Below, in pieces: positions 11,354 through 24,197 of a stretch of DNA of 64,000 nucleotides (position 1 is its first letter; every line of letters begins with the position of its first letter). The stretch lies in assembly GCF_054482595.1 (NCBI RefSeq), contig NZ_CM137008.1. One strand, written 5' to 3'. The notes beneath the pieces were generated by a model. That model was not told where the DNA came from, did not search any database, and saw only the letters and a list, made by a program, of their open reading frames with translations. The position numbers were made by a program, and so were the translations under genes.

Positions 11354-13129
11354 TTAACGCTTGTACAACGGGCCGTAGTTCTGGCAAGCGCGGTAATCCT
11401 GGCCTTCAATATCCATGCCGTGCGCAGCCCAGGCAGAAGGACGATACACTTTGGTCTCTTCAACGTTGTGCATACATACCGGGATACGCAGCATGGAGGC
11501 GAGAGTGATAAAGTCAGCGCCAACGTGGCCGATGGTCAGAACCCCATGGTTAGCGCCCCAGTTCGCCATTACCGAGTACACATCCGTAAACGGCCCTTTA
11601 CCGGTGAGGCGCGGTGCAAACCAGGTGGTTGGCCAGGTTGAGTTGGTGCGTTTGTTGAGGATGTCATGCACATCCTTCGGCAATTCCACGCTCCAGCCTT
11701 CCGCGATTTGCAGTACCGGTCCCAGGCCTTTGATGATGTTGACACGAGTCATGGTGAACGGGACGCCGCCTTCGGTAAGGAAGCGGGAAGAGTAACCGCC
11801 GCCACGGAAGTATTCGTGGATCGCCGGGCACCATTCGGTAGCGGCGAGGCAAGCGTCAGCCTCTTTCTGAGAGATTTCCCAGTGCGGCTTCATCGTCGGG
11901 TTACCTTCGCTGTCGCGTTGTTTACAGGAACCGTCCAGCGCAGCAGAACCGGAGTTGATCAAATGGATGATGCCGTGTTCTGCCAGTCCATCGAGTTTAT
12001 GCCCCGTTACACGCTCAATTGCTTCTGGTGACCAGTAGGTACGCACATCGGCAAATACCTGAGCGGTGCCGGTGAGCTGGTGACCCATTAGCATTGCCAC
12101 GCCGTTAAGACTGTCGTTTTCGGTCGCCACGACAAAGGGTTCGCGCACGCCATTCCAGTCAAATGAACTGTTAAGGATCGCTTCGGCGGTGTCACCATTG
12201 GGATATTGATCGGTCCAGTGACGTTGCCCCTGGAAGCCCGCAGCGATGGCGTTGTAGCCAAGTGATTCTTCCACGCGACCAATATCGGCCAGTTTGCTGT
12301 TGCCTTGCATCATGTCGCGGATACACATCGCCATCAGTAAACTTTCGCGCAGAACTGCGCGGCTTTGCTCGGCATTGCGTTGATACTGTTTGTTATTTTC
12401 ATCTTCGCCATAGCGGAAGTTTTTATCAGCCCAGGCCAGTGCCATTTCCAGTTCGGCTTCGTCGTAAATCTTCTGATCGATACGGCGACGCAGTTCGGTC
12501 ATATCCACCGCCTGGACTTTCATTCCCAGCCAGGATTCAAAGAAGTTGTGATCAACAATGGAACCGGCGATACCCATCGAAACGCCGCCCAGCGACAGAT
12601 AGCTTTTACCTTTCATGCTGGCGACGGCCAAACCGGCGCGGGCAAAGCGCAGCAGTTTTTCTTCAACATCGGCAGGAATCGATGTGTCATCGGCATCCTG
12701 AACGTCATGACCGTAAATGGAGAATGCCGGGATGCCTTTCTGGCTGTGAGCTGCCAGAGCCGCTGCCAGGTAAACAGCGCCGGGACGTTCAGTGCCGTTA
12801 AAGCCCCAAATGGCTTTCGGGCGGGTTGGATCCATGTCGATGGTTTCACTGCCATAGCACCAGCAAGGCGTTACCGTAATGGTGAGGCCTACATTCTGAC
12901 TGCTGAATTTTTCTTCGCAAGCAGCGGCTTCAGCCATACCCGCGATACAGGTATCGGAAATGACACACTCGACGGCAGCTCCGCAGGCATGGCGCAGTTT
13001 CTCGGTCAGCAGTGCGGCCGTAGCTTTCGCCATATTCATTGTTTGTTCTTCAAGCGACTCACGAACACCCATGCGACGACCGTCAATAACCGGGCGGATA
13101 CCAATTTTCGGTAAGCTGATTTTTTTCAT
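11354..13129 (-). CDS. fucI: L-fucose isomerase
   Basis: 591-aa [22 protein letters not shown]. Confidence 0.92.
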   Translation of the reverse strand: MKKISLPKIGIRPVIDGRRMGVRESLEEQTMNMAKATAALLTEKLRHACGAAVECVISDTCIAGMAEAAACEEKFSSQNVGLTITVTPCWCYGSETIDMDPTRPKAIWGFNGTERPGAVYLAAALAAHSQKGIPAFSIYGHDVQDADDTSIPADVEEKLLRFARAGLAVASMKGKSYLSLGGVSMGIAGSIVDHNFFESWLGMKVQAVDMTELRRRIDQKIYDEAELEMALAWADKNFRYGEDENNKQYQRNAEQSRAVLRESLLMAMCIRDMMQGNSKLADIGRVEESLGYNAIAAGFQGQRHWTDQYPNGDTAEAILNSSFDWNGVREPFVVATENDSLNGVAMLMGHQLTGTAQVFADVRTYWSPEAIERVTGHKLDGLAEHGIIHLINSGSAALDGSCKQRDSEGNPTMKPHWEISQKEADACLAATEWCPAIHEYFRGGGYSSRFLTEGGVPFTMTRVNIIKGLGPVLQIAEGWSVELPKDVHDILNKRTNSTWPTTWFAPRLTGKGPFTDVYSVMANWGANHGVLTIGHVGADFITLASMLRIPVCMHNVEETKVYRPSAWAAHGMDIEGQDYRACQNYGPLYKR

Positions 13130-13161
13130 TACAGATTCCTCACTTTATTCGGAAAATATGT

Positions 13162-14478
13162 TCAGTTAGTTGCCGTTTGAGAGCGGAAACGGGCAAAGAT
13201 AAAGATGACCGCGAAGCAGAGTGCGGGGATCAGTTCAGCAGTGGGGATGTTGCCCGCCGCGTCACTGACAAAACCCATGACCGGAGTGACAATACCGCCG
13301 CCAATGATGGTCATAACGATGAAGGACGAACCGTATTTAGTGTCCTGGCCGAGATTCTTAATGCCCAGCGAGAAGATTGTTGGGTACTGAATCGACATAA
13401 AGGCGCTGCATAAAGTCAGGGCTATTAAGCCCACATGACCGCCAGCGAAGGCTGAGATCAGGCACAGTGCCATAGCGATTAATGCGTAGGCGGCCAGGAC
13501 TTTGTGTGGTGCGAAGCGACTGATGAGCCAGGTACCGGTGAAACGACCAATAAAGAAGCACACCATGGTTCCGGTTAAATAGTTAGCGGCAAAGCCTGCA
13601 GTCATACCTGGAATTTCTTCTACAGCGTAGCGAATCAAATAGCTCCAGCAGGCCGTTTGTGCGCCAACGTAGCAGAATTGCGCTAATACTGCCCAGCGCC
13701 AGTGGCGAATACGCGCCAGGCGAGAAAGCGATGCGGAGAACGATCCTTGTTTGGCGTCACTGTGATTATCACTCTGCAATGCCGGGAATTTCGTCAGCAT
13801 GATCAGCAGGGCGACCAGTAACACGATAGCCACGATGATCATATAAGGTGTCTGTACCGATAATACCAGGCTGTGTTTATACGCACTCAATTGCTCTGGA
13901 GACATTTTATCGAGAACGTCTTGCGATTGATGTGGCACGTTAGACAAAATAAGACTTTGCCCAAAGACAACCGCGATAATTGCGCCAAACGAGTTAAATG
14001 TTTGCGCAAGATTTAAGCGGAAGTGACCACTGCTTTCTGGCCCTAATACCGTAACAAAAGGGTTTGCGGCAGTTTCCAGACAACCTAATCCGGCTGCAAT
14101 AATAAATAGGCCAACTAAAAATAAGGTGTAGTTCATTATTTCTGCAGCGGGCCAGAATAATGCAGCGCCCAAGGCATATAAAAATAATCCGGTAATAATC
14201 CCTGCTTTATAACTGAGTTTTTTCATCAATATCCCAGCAGGGATTGGGATAATGAAATAACCAAAGTAAAAGGCCGATTGGATCAGGCCAGCCTGGAAAT
14301 TTGTCAGCGTAAAAGCCTGCTGGAATTGAGGTAATAAAATGTCGTTAAGGTTATTGGCTACCGCCCAAAGAAAAAACAGTGAGCACAGCAGCGCGAATGG
14401 AATAATGTAACTTCTGCTTTGCCCTGCATCTTTATCTACCGCACGGTAACTCTGCGTTTGTATTGATGTGTTTCCCAT
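13162..14478 (-). CDS. fucP: L-fucose:H+ symporter (MFS)
   Basis: 438-aa polytopic membrane ORF. Confidence 0.92.
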   Translation of the reverse strand: MGNTSIQTQSYRAVDKDAGQSRSYIIPFALLCSLFFLWAVANNLNDILLPQFQQAFTLTNFQAGLIQSAFYFGYFIIPIPAGILMKKLSYKAGIITGLFLYALGAALFWPAAEIMNYTLFLVGLFIIAAGLGCLETAANPFVTVLGPESSGHFRLNLAQTFNSFGAIIAVVFGQSLILSNVPHQSQDVLDKMSPEQLSAYKHSLVLSVQTPYMIIVAIVLLVALLIMLTKFPALQSDNHSDAKQGSFSASLSRLARIRHWRWAVLAQFCYVGAQTACWSYLIRYAVEEIPGMTAGFAANYLTGTMVCFFIGRFTGTWLISRFAPHKVLAAYALIAMALCLISAFAGGHVGLIALTLCSAFMSIQYPTIFSLGIKNLGQDTKYGSSFIVMTIIGGGIVTPVMGFVSDAAGNIPTAELIPALCFAVIFIFARFRSQTATN

Positions 14479-15024
14479 AGCATCCTCTTAGGTTCAGAAG
14501 CTTAAGCACGTAATCGGTTATGTTTTCAAAAGTGCAAAACCAGCGAGTTCGGGCTTCATATCAGTGAATATTTGCCTGTCTGAAATGAACTCATGGATTC
14601 ATTTTCAAATAAAAAACGCTCTGTAATATGACGGCGGTCACACTTATTAGCTGGAAGGTGACTTTATGTGACTACCATCACTTTAATAATCGAAATTTCA
14701 TGCCCGTTTCAGAAAATAAATCATAAAAAACACAAACCAGATGACCGTATTAATTGTTTATGCCGAAAACGGGCATTCCTGGCTTGAGTGAATAGAAAAA
14801 TGACCGTTTTGATAAATATTTTTAAGAGCGGTCATTTTTAATGGGGTTATAAAAAGAGAACTTGCAGTTATTTACTGTGATTAGTTGAACCAGGTCACAA
14901 AATATAAGCTTGTGAATTTCTTTCTGGTTAATCAGGAAGAAGATGGTGGGTAATTAAACGGCTAATTCAATAGTGTGAAAGGAACAACATTATTGCCCTG
15001 TTTTGAATCAGAGAGAGGTAGCTA
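14479..15024. promoter_or_regulatory. Divergent fucPIKUR / fucAO control region
   Basis: 546-bp AT-rich gap between divergent operons; contains repeated ATGACCG/CGGTCAT motifs and TGTGA/TCACA half-sites. Confidence 0.6.
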
Positions 15025-15672
15025 ATGGAACGAAATAAACTTGCTCGTCAGATTATTGACACTTGCCTGGAAATGACCCGCCTGGGACTGAACCAGGGGA
15101 CAGCGGGGAACGTCAGTGTACGTTATCAGGATGGGATGCTGATTACGCCTACAGGCATTCCATATGAAAAACTGACGGAGTCGCATATTGTCTTTATTGA
15201 TGGCAACGGTAAACATGAGGAAGGAAAGCTCCCCTCAAGCGAATGGCGTTTCCATATGGCGGCCTATCAAAGCAGACCGGATGCCAACGCGGTTGTTCAC
15301 AATCATGCCGTTCATTGCACGGCAGTTTCCATTCTTAACCGATCGATCCCCGCTATTCACTACATGATTGCGGCGGCTGGCGGTAATTCTATTCCTTGCG
15401 CGCCTTATGCGACCTTTGGAACACGTGAACTTTCTGAACATGTTGCGCAGGCTCTCAAAAATCGTAAGGCAACTTTGTTACAACATCATGGGCTTATCGC
15501 TTGTGAGGTGAATCTGGAAAAAGCGTTATGGCTGGCGCATGAAGTTGAAGTGCTGGCGCAACTTTACCTGACGACCCTGGCGATTACGGACCCGGTGCCA
15601 GTGCTGAGCGATGAAGAGATTGCCGTAGTGCTGGAGAAATTCAAAACCTATGGGTTACGGATTGAAGAGTAA
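15025..15672 (+). CDS. fucA: L-fuculose-1-phosphate aldolase (class II)
   Basis: 215-aa ORF MERNKLARQIIDTCLEM. Confidence 0.92.
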   Translation: MERNKLARQIIDTCLEMTRLGLNQGTAGNVSVRYQDGMLITPTGIPYEKLTESHIVFIDGNGKHEEGKLPSSEWRFHMAAYQSRPDANAVVHNHAVHCTAVSILNRSIPAIHYMIAAAGGNSIPCAPYATFGTRELSEHVAQALKNRKATLLQHHGLIACEVNLEKALWLAHEVEVLAQLYLTTLAITDPVPVLSDEEIAVVLEKFKTYGLRIEE

Positions 15673-15696
15673 TTTCGTAAAGCAACAAGGAGAAGG

Positions 15697-16848
15697 ATGA
15701 TGGCTAACAGAATGATTCTGAACGAAACGGCATGGTTTGGTCGGGGTGCTGTTGGGGCTTTAACCGATGAGGTGAAACGCCGTGGTTATCAGAAGGCGCT
15801 GATCGTCACCGATAAAACGCTGGTGCAATGCGGCGTGGTGGCGAAAGTGACCGATAAGATGGATGCTGCAGGGCTGGCATGGGCGATTTACGACGGCGTA
15901 GTGCCCAACCCAACAATTACTGTCGTCAAAGAAGGGCTCGGTGTATTCCAGAATAGCGGCGCGGATTACCTGATCGCTATTGGTGGTGGTTCTCCACAGG
16001 ATACCTGTAAAGCGATTGGCATTATCAGCAACAACCCGGAGTTTGCCGATGTGCGTAGCCTGGAAGGACTTTCCCCGACCAATAAACCTAGTGTACCGAT
16101 TCTGGCAATCCCCACCACAGCAGGCACTGCGGCAGAAGTGACCATTAACTACGTGATCACTGACGAAGAAAAACGGCGCAAGTTTGTTTGCGTTGATCCG
16201 CATGATATCCCGCAGGTGGCGTTTATTGACGCTGACATGATGGATGGTATGCCTCCAGCGCTGAAAGCTGCGACGGGTGTCGATGCGCTCACTCATGCTA
16301 TTGAGGGGTATATTACCCGTGGCGCGTGGGCGCTAACCGATGCACTGCACATTAAAGCGATTGAAATCATTGCTGGGGCGCTGCGAGGATCGGTTGCTGG
16401 TGATAAGGATGCCGGAGAAGAAATGGCGCTCGGGCAGTATGTTGCGGGTATGGGCTTCTCGAATGTTGGGTTAGGGTTGGTGCATGGTATGGCGCATCCA
16501 CTGGGCGCGTTTTACAACACTCCACACGGTGTTGCGAACGCCATCCTGTTACCGCATGTCATGCGCTATAACGCTGACTTTACCGGTGAGAAGTACCGCG
16601 ATATCGCGCGCGTTATGGGCGTGAAAGTGGAAGGTATGAGCCTGGAAGAGGCGCGTAATGCCGCTGTTGAAGCGGTGTTTGCTCTCAACCGTGATGTCGG
16701 TATTCCGCCACATTTGCGTGATGTTGGTGTACGCAAGGAAGACATTCCGGCACTGGCGCAGGCGGCACTGGATGATGTTTGTACCGGTGGCAACCCGCGT
16801 GAAGCAACGCTTGAGGATATTGTAGAGCTTTACCATACCGCCTGGTAA
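15697..16848 (+). CDS. fucO: L-1,2-propanediol oxidoreductase (iron-containing alcohol dehydrogenase)
   Basis: 383-aa ORF (382 aa if second Met is used); Fe-ADH motifs. Confidence 0.92.
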   Translation: MMANRMILNETAWFGRGAVGALTDEVKRRGYQKALIVTDKTLVQCGVVAKVTDKMDAAGLAWAIYDGVVPNPTITVVKEGLGVFQNSGADYLIAIGGGSPQDTCKAIGIISNNPEFADVRSLEGLSPTNKPSVPILAIPTTAGTAAEVTINYVITDEEKRRKFVCVDPHDIPQVAFIDADMMDGMPPALKAATGVDALTHAIEGYITRGAWALTDALHIKAIEIIAGALRGSVAGDKDAGEEMALGQYVAGMGFSNVGLGLVHGMAHPLGAFYNTPHGVANAILLPHVMRYNADFTGEKYRDIARVMGVKVEGMSLEEARNAAVEAVFALNRDVGIPPHLRDVGVRKEDIPALAQAALDDVCTGGNPREATLEDIVELYHTAW

Positions 16849-16855
16849 ATGCGCT

Positions 16856-17769
<914 letters not shown>

Positions 17770-19137
17770 TTAATCGCAGGCAACGATCTTCATTGCCAGG
17801 CCGCCGCGAGAGGTTTCGCGGTACTTGGCGTTCATATCTTTACCTGTTTCGTACATGGTTTCGATAACTTTATCGAGGCAGACGCGCGGCTCGCTGGTAC
17901 GGCGTAGCGCCATACGTGCGGCGTTCACCGCTTTTACTGCCGCAATGGCGTTACGCTCGATGCATGGCACCTGGACCTGTCCGGCGACCGGGTCACACGT
18001 CAGACCGAGGTTGTGCTCCATGGCGATTTCCGCCGCGATGCACACCTGCGCCGGGCTTGCACCTAACAGTTCTGCCAGACCAGCCGCCGCCATTGAGCAC
18101 GCCACACCAACTTCACCCTGGCAGCCGACTTCAGCACCAGAAATTGACGCGTTCATCTTATAAAGAGAACCAATGGCACTGGCTACCAGCAGGTAACGAG
18201 CCAGTGAGTTAGCGTTCACTTCGCGGATAAACTTATCGTAGTACGCCAGCACAGCCGGGATAATCCCGCACGCACCGTTAGTCGGCGCAGTCACCACGCG
18301 ACCGCCAGCGGCGTTCTCTTCGTTCACTGCCAGTGCAAACATGTTGATCCAGTCAACAACCGCCATCGGGTCAGTGGTGGTTTTATCCTGGCTGACCAGC
18401 ATCCGGCGTAGTGCCGCAGCACGGCGTGGTACGCGCAGTTTGCCAGGCAACACGCCTTCGGTAGAAATACCGCGCTCAATACCGCCGCGCATGACTTCCC
18501 AGACGTTCGCCAGGTGCTGTTCCAGCTCTTCTTTGCTGTGCAGCGCCAGCTCGTTTTTCATCATCAGGCCAGAGAGTGACAGCCCGGTTTCCTGACAATG
18601 TTTTTGCAGATCGGCTGCTGAACTGTACGGATAAGGAACTTCAACCGGTGCGCTATTCTGCTGGCCAAAATGCTCTTCATCAACGATAAAGCCACCGCCA
18701 ATAGAGTAGTAAGTCTGGCTGTAAACGACTTTATCGCCCGCCAGCGCGGTAATGCGCATACCGTTTTCATGCAGAGAAAGGTTGTCTGCATGGAAGTTCA
18801 TGCACTGATCAACCGGGAACTCCACTTCATGCTGACCGTTTGCCAGCATCAGGCGACCATGAGTATTCACATCCTGAATAAAACCAGGGATGGAATCGAT
18901 ATCCACGGTATCCGGCAGGTTACCCGCCAGGCCCATAATAATGGCGATATCAGTGTGGTGGCCTTTACCGGTCAGAGAGAGCGAGCCGTACACGTCAACC
19001 ACCACGCGGGTCACGTCTTTAAGCAGATTACGGGCAATCAGATCGTCGGTAAATTGTTTACCCGCTTTCATTGGTCCAACGGTATGAGAACTGGAAGGGC
19101 CAATGCCGATTTTGAAAATATCGAATACGCTAATCAT
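17770..19137 (-). CDS. sdaB: L-serine dehydratase 2 (Fe-S)
   Basis: 455-aa ORF MISVFDIFKIGIGPSSSHTVGPM. Confidence 0.92.
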   Translation of the reverse strand: MISVFDIFKIGIGPSSSHTVGPMKAGKQFTDDLIARNLLKDVTRVVVDVYGSLSLTGKGHHTDIAIIMGLAGNLPDTVDIDSIPGFIQDVNTHGRLMLANGQHEVEFPVDQCMNFHADNLSLHENGMRITALAGDKVVYSQTYYSIGGGFIVDEEHFGQQNSAPVEVPYPYSSAADLQKHCQETGLSLSGLMMKNELALHSKEELEQHLANVWEVMRGGIERGISTEGVLPGKLRVPRRAAALRRMLVSQDKTTTDPMAVVDWINMFALAVNEENAAGGRVVTAPTNGACGIIPAVLAYYDKFIREVNANSLARYLLVASAIGSLYKMNASISGAEVGCQGEVGVACSMAAAGLAELLGASPAQVCIAAEIAMEHNLGLTCDPVAGQVQVPCIERNAIAAVKAVNAARMALRRTSEPRVCLDKVIETMYETGKDMNAKYRETSRGGLAMKIVACD

Positions 19138-19194
19138 AGGAAATACATCGCGTTAAAACGGAGGAAGCGCCGCCCGAAAGCGGCGCGAAAGGAC

Positions 19195-20484
19195 TTAGCT
19201 GAACAGAGAGTAGAAGATTGCGGAGATTGCAATCAGACCCATCACGACAACGAATACGTTGCTGATGTGACCGCTGTACTTACGCATTGCCGGTACTTTC
19301 TGAATTGCGTACATCGGCATCAGGAACAGGATCATCGCGATGATTGGGCCGCCCAGGGTTTCAATCATACCCAGGATGCTCGGGTTCAGGGTGGCAACAA
19401 TCCAGGTCGTTACCAGCATGAACAGCGCAGTGATACGGTTCAGCTTGTTGATTTCGATAGACTTACCTTTACCACGCAGAGATTTAATCACCATACCGTT
19501 GAAGCCTTCACGTGCGCCCAGGTAGTGGCCGAGGAAGGATTTGGTGATAGCGATAATCGCGATAATCGGAGCCATCCACGCGATAACCGGTGCGTTAAAG
19601 TGGTTAGCCAGGTAAGACAGAATCGAGATGTTCTGCTCTTTAGCCGCAGCCAGGTCTGCCGGAGTCAGGCTCAGTACGCAGCTGAAGACGAAGAACATTA
19701 CGGTCAGCACCATCATGATGTGTGCGAATGCCAGGATCTTCGAGCATTTCTGTTCTGCCATATCGCCGTACTCTTCACGCTTCGCAACGGCGAAAGAAGA
19801 GATGATCGGAGAGTGGTTGAACGAGAACACCATTACCGGAATTGCCAGCCACAGGGTCATCCACAGACCGTTTCCGGTTGCAGATGCAGTGTCCAGAGAC
19901 AGCGTTTCCAGTGCTGCGCCGTTCCACTGCGGGATGAGGTACAGAGCCAGCAGCATCAGTACGCCAACAAACGGGAATACCAGAATACTCATCGCTTTAA
20001 CGATCATCTGCTCACCGAAGCGAACGATGGTCATCATACCCACGATCAGGATCAGCGACAGAATCGCACGCGGCGGTGGCGTCATACCCAGCTGGTGAGA
20101 CATGAAGCTTTCAACTGTATTGGTGATTGCCACGCTATAAACCAGCAGGATCGGGTAGATAGCGAAGAAGTAGAGCAGGGTAATCAGTTTACCTGCGCCA
20201 ATACCAAAGTGTTCTTCTACAACCTCGGTGATGTCTTCGCCCGGGTTTTTACCAGACAGTACGAAGCGAGTCAGGCCGCGGTGAGCAAAAAACGTCATCG
20301 GGAACGCAAGGATAGCCATGATGATCAGCGGGATCATACCGCCAACACCGGCGTTGATTGGCAGGAACAGCACGCCCGCGCCGATTGCCGTGCCGTAAAG
20401 GCCCAGCATCCACATGGTGTCTGTCTTGCGCCAGGCACTACGAGAGTCTTTCGACGCAATCGTGCTGGTTTGAGTCGTTTCCAT
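19195..20484 (-). CDS. sdaC: Serine:H+ symporter (HAAAP family)
   Basis: 429-aa polytopic ORF upstream of sdaB. Confidence 0.92.
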   Translation of the reverse strand: METTQTSTIASKDSRSAWRKTDTMWMLGLYGTAIGAGVLFLPINAGVGGMIPLIIMAILAFPMTFFAHRGLTRFVLSGKNPGEDITEVVEEHFGIGAGKLITLLYFFAIYPILLVYSVAITNTVESFMSHQLGMTPPPRAILSLILIVGMMTIVRFGEQMIVKAMSILVFPFVGVLMLLALYLIPQWNGAALETLSLDTASATGNGLWMTLWLAIPVMVFSFNHSPIISSFAVAKREEYGDMAEQKCSKILAFAHIMMVLTVMFFVFSCVLSLTPADLAAAKEQNISILSYLANHFNAPVIAWMAPIIAIIAITKSFLGHYLGAREGFNGMVIKSLRGKGKSIEINKLNRITALFMLVTTWIVATLNPSILGMIETLGGPIIAMILFLMPMYAIQKVPAMRKYSGHISNVFVVVMGLIAISAIFYSLFS

Positions 20485-21040
20485 CTATTTCTCCTGGAGG
20501 AATGCAAATAATTCAGCTTTTAGCCAGTTCAGCCCGGGAAGGTGCCTGACCGTAAAAATGAAATCTGTCTATCGGCGATGGCTTAATCATTTACCGCCGT
20601 AATAATTTGAGGGCGGAAAGATACACACAAGTTATGTATCTATCAGTGATCTTGATCTCAAATACAATAATCTACTTGGAAGATAGATTATCCCAACGCT
20701 TTACTCTGTAAATCAAAAGTAAAAGAGAATTTAAGGGCAATATTTGCCCATTAAACGACATCTGACTTCTTCCGGGGCGCGCAATATATGTAGGTTGAAC
20801 TGAAAAAATCAATACTTTTAGTTAATCATGGCGATAATTTCTTTTTCATAGCGATAAAATACGGTTTATGAAAATAGGGAAACGTTTGCGTTGCAACATA
20901 AATTGTATGACATATTAACTGTGATGATATTTGTCGCGTGAGGGTGGTAAGAAACATTCATATAACAAATGAAATGAGTTGATGAGTAAGTGACCAAAAA
21001 CGAGAAAACCCGGCAACAAACGTCACCGGGGGAGCGGAGA

Positions 21041-22405
21041 TTACGTGCAGATTTCGTAGCAAGGGATGTAGGCTGAGCCTGGCAACTTCATACGATGCTG
21101 GGCAACAAAACCCTGTAGCAGGTCGTCCATACGACGCATAATCTCTTTATCGCCGTTGATTTTGTAAGGACCAAACTCTTCAATGGCGCGAATACCGACT
21201 TCTTTTACGTTACCCGCCACAATACCGGAGAACGCACGGCGCAGGTCGGCAGCCAGCACTTCAACAGGTTGATCCGGGTAAAGCTTCAGATTAGCCATAT
21301 TCTCGTGAGACGGCTCAAACGGCATTTGCAAATCTGGTGCAATGCGCATTGACCAGTTAAAGCTGTAAGCGTCACCAGTGTCGCGGCGATTTTCTTTCAC
21401 CAGCGGCATCGATTTTTTCATCTGACGAGCGACTTCAGCGGCGTCATCAATGATGATGCGGTAATGGCGGCGCGCGTTTTCGCCCAGCGTATGTACGACA
21501 AACTCGTCCAGTACGCGGAAGTAGTCGGCGCTCTCTTTCGGGCCGGTGAGGATCAATGGTAAAACCTGATCTTTGTTGGCCGGGTTCATTAAAATTCCCA
21601 GCAAATACAGCAACTCTTCTGCCGTACCCACACCTCCAGGGAAGATAATGATGCCGTGAGCGATACGGACAAACGCTTCCAGACGTTTTTCGATATCCGG
21701 CATGATGATCAATTCGTTGACCAGCGGGTTAGGCGGTTCAGCGGCGATAATCGACGGCTCTGTCATACCAATAAAACGACTGTCTTTGTAACGCTGCTGC
21801 GCGTGTCCGACCGCAGCACCTTTCATCGGCGCTTCCATCGCTCCCGGACCACAGCCGGTGCAGATATTCAGCTCACGCAGGCCCAGCTGGTTTCCGACGC
21901 GACGGGCATACAAATACTCATTTTCGTTAATTGAGTGACCGCCCCAGCAGACCACCATATTTGGCGCTTCACCCACATGCAGCGCGCGAGCGTTACGCAA
22001 GATGGAAAAGACCAGGTTAGTGATGTGGACGGAGTTGTCGAGATTCAGGTTGGGAAAACGAACGGTATTATGGATTTGCCCGTAAACGAAGAGAATGTCT
22101 CGCAGAACCGCGAACAAGTTGGCCTGCAAAGCGCGAATAATTCGCCCATCGACAAAAGCCTCTTCCGGGGGATTAATCAGTTCCAGCTTTACGCCGCGTT
22201 CACGGCGCAGGACGTTAATATCGAAATTTTCAAAACGAGACAGCAATTCTTTGCTGTTATCGGTCAAACTACCGGAGTTCAGTACGGCAAGTGAACAGTT
22301 GCGAAACAGTTGATAGAGGTCGCTGCTGGCGGTGCGTTTAAGCATATCCACTTCCAGCTGCGACAACATATCCATGGAGCCAAGCGGGCTAATATGTGTA
22401 ATCAA
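21041..22405 (-). CDS. ppnN: Nucleotide 5'-monophosphate nucleosidase (LOG family)
   Basis: 454-aa ORF; LOG-type PGGxGTxEE motif ([10 protein letters not shown]). Confidence 0.88.
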
Positions 22406-22516
22406 GAAAAACTCCTTATGGGACGAATATCGTCATTCCCTTTGATTACAATAGCCCTGCCTGATGACCTTTCACAACCTTCTGCGTGAATCCAGCACGC
22501 AAAATTGAGAAAAAAT

Positions 22517-23365
22517 TTATTGCCGAACCAGTCTTGTGGTCGATGGGACAAAATCGCTATTACTGCGCCACGGGTTAATGTCCAGACCGCCACGACGGGT
22601 ATAACGTGCGTAAACGCTTAATTTCTCTGGCTGGCAGAAGCGTAACAGGTCATTAAAGATGCGTTCCACGCACTGTTCGTGGAACTCGTTGTGATGACGG
22701 AATGAGACCAGGTAACGCAGCAGTTTTTCTCTGTCAATTTGGCGTCCACGATACTGAATTTGGATCGAACCCCAATCTGGTTGATGGGTGATCAGGCAGT
22801 TTGATTTCAGCAGGTGGCTGACAAGCGTCTCTTCCACTACTTTTTCACCGCTGGTGGCATTCTCCAGATAGTCAGTAGTGAATTCATAGTTATCGATAGT
22901 GATATCCTGGTCATCAATGCAGGTGCCATTGAAATGACCTATCGGCTGGCCTTCCAGTTCATCAAGACGATATAACGCCACGCTAACCTTACCCTGGGCG
23001 CAAGTGCTTAAGTCGCGCTCCAGCGTCTGGCGCACCTCATCCCAGTTATTAAAACGCGTCTGGTTAAAACTGTTGAGATAGAGCTTAAAACTCTTCGACT
23101 CAATCAGATTTACGCTGGTGTAATCAAGTTCAACATGACCGACAGCGACCTGCGGCAAACCTTTCGCATTCAGCCAGGAAAGTTCATACAGCGTCCAGAT
23201 ATCCGTACCGTGAAAAGGCAGGTTATCCGCTTTCAGACCCAGCGGGTCGCGATTCAGGCTGCGTGGAACGCCTTGCAGTAGGCTGGCGTCATAGGTATCC
23301 CGGTAATCGGTTGATTTTCCAAGAGTCAGGCCCGCAAGTGCCTGATGGTTTGCATAAGAAGACAT
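22517..23365 (-). CDS. queF: NADPH-dependent 7-cyano-7-deazaguanine (preQ0) reductase
   Basis: 282-aa ORF, two-domain QueF type. Confidence 0.9.
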   Translation of the reverse strand: MSSYANHQALAGLTLGKSTDYRDTYDASLLQGVPRSLNRDPLGLKADNLPFHGTDIWTLYELSWLNAKGLPQVAVGHVELDYTSVNLIESKSFKLYLNSFNQTRFNNWDEVRQTLERDLSTCAQGKVSVALYRLDELEGQPIGHFNGTCIDDQDITIDNYEFTTDYLENATSGEKVVEETLVSHLLKSNCLITHQPDWGSIQIQYRGRQIDREKLLRYLVSFRHHNEFHEQCVERIFNDLLRFCQPEKLSVYARYTRRGGLDINPWRSNSDFVPSTTRLVRQ

Positions 23366-23432
23366 GTTTCACCGTCATAAACCAGATAAACTAAACGACA
23401 AGTGTATCTGGTTTAAGTGAAGAGAGAAATTA

Positions 23433-23978
23433 GTGGACGATTTGACCGCACAAGCCCTGAAAGATTTTACTGCACGCTACTGCGATGCGTGGCATGAAGA
23501 GCATAAAAGCTGGCCGTTAAGTGAGGAACTGTACGGTGTTCCTTCACCGTGCATTATTTCAACTACCGAAGATGCCGTATACTGGCAACCCCAGCCGTTT
23601 ACCGGGGAACAAAATGTAAACGCGGTTGAACGCGCTTTTGATATTGTGATACAACCCACAATTCATACCTTTTATACGACTCAGTTTGCCGGGGATATGC
23701 ACGCGCAGTTTGGCGATATCAAACTGACATTGCTGCAAACCTGGAGTGAAGACGACTTCCGTCGGGTGCAGGAAAATCTGATTGGTCATCTGGTGACTCA
23801 GAAAAGGCTAAAACTGCCGCCCACGCTATTTATCGCGACGCTGGAAGAAGAGTTAGAGGTCATCTCGGTGTGTAATCTCTCCGGTGAAGTGTGCAAAGAG
23901 ACGCTGGGAACACGTAAACGGACGCATTTAGCCTCAAATCTTGCGGAATTCCTTAATCAACTTAAGCCTCTTCTGTAA
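23433..23978 (+). CDS. syd: SecY-interacting protein Syd
   Basis: 181-aa ORF, divergent from queF. Confidence 0.88.
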
Positions 23979-23997
23979 TCCAAATACCCCATCTGGT

Positions 23998-24015
23998 TGT
24001 GAGAGATCTCTTACA
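23998..24015. promoter_or_regulatory. UvrY (BarA/UvrY two-component) binding palindrome upstream of csrB
   Basis: tgtgagagatctcttaca, an 18-bp near-perfect inverted repeat about 180 bp upstream of the csrB 5' end. Confidence 0.7.
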
Positions 24016-24197
24016 GACTCTGTAGGAGATCGCCAGGAAATAAGCGAATACTTAAAAAGATAAGAATCGTTATTTTCATTTAAAATCAAAATGTTGATTG
24101 TTAATTCTTAACTTTCATATGAAATTTTCCTTAAGGCATTGTCTGTAAGCGCCTTGTAAGACTTCGCGAAAAAGACGATTCTATCTTCGTCGACAGG

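Noticed and set aside
12365-13114. 249-aa plus-strand ORF opposite fucI
   Set aside because: Antisense shadow of fucI.
18670-20511. 613-aa plus-strand ORF spanning sdaB/sdaC
   Set aside because: Antisense to two well-supported genes; translation is His/Arg/Gln-rich low-complexity with no recognisable domain; typical shadow ORF.
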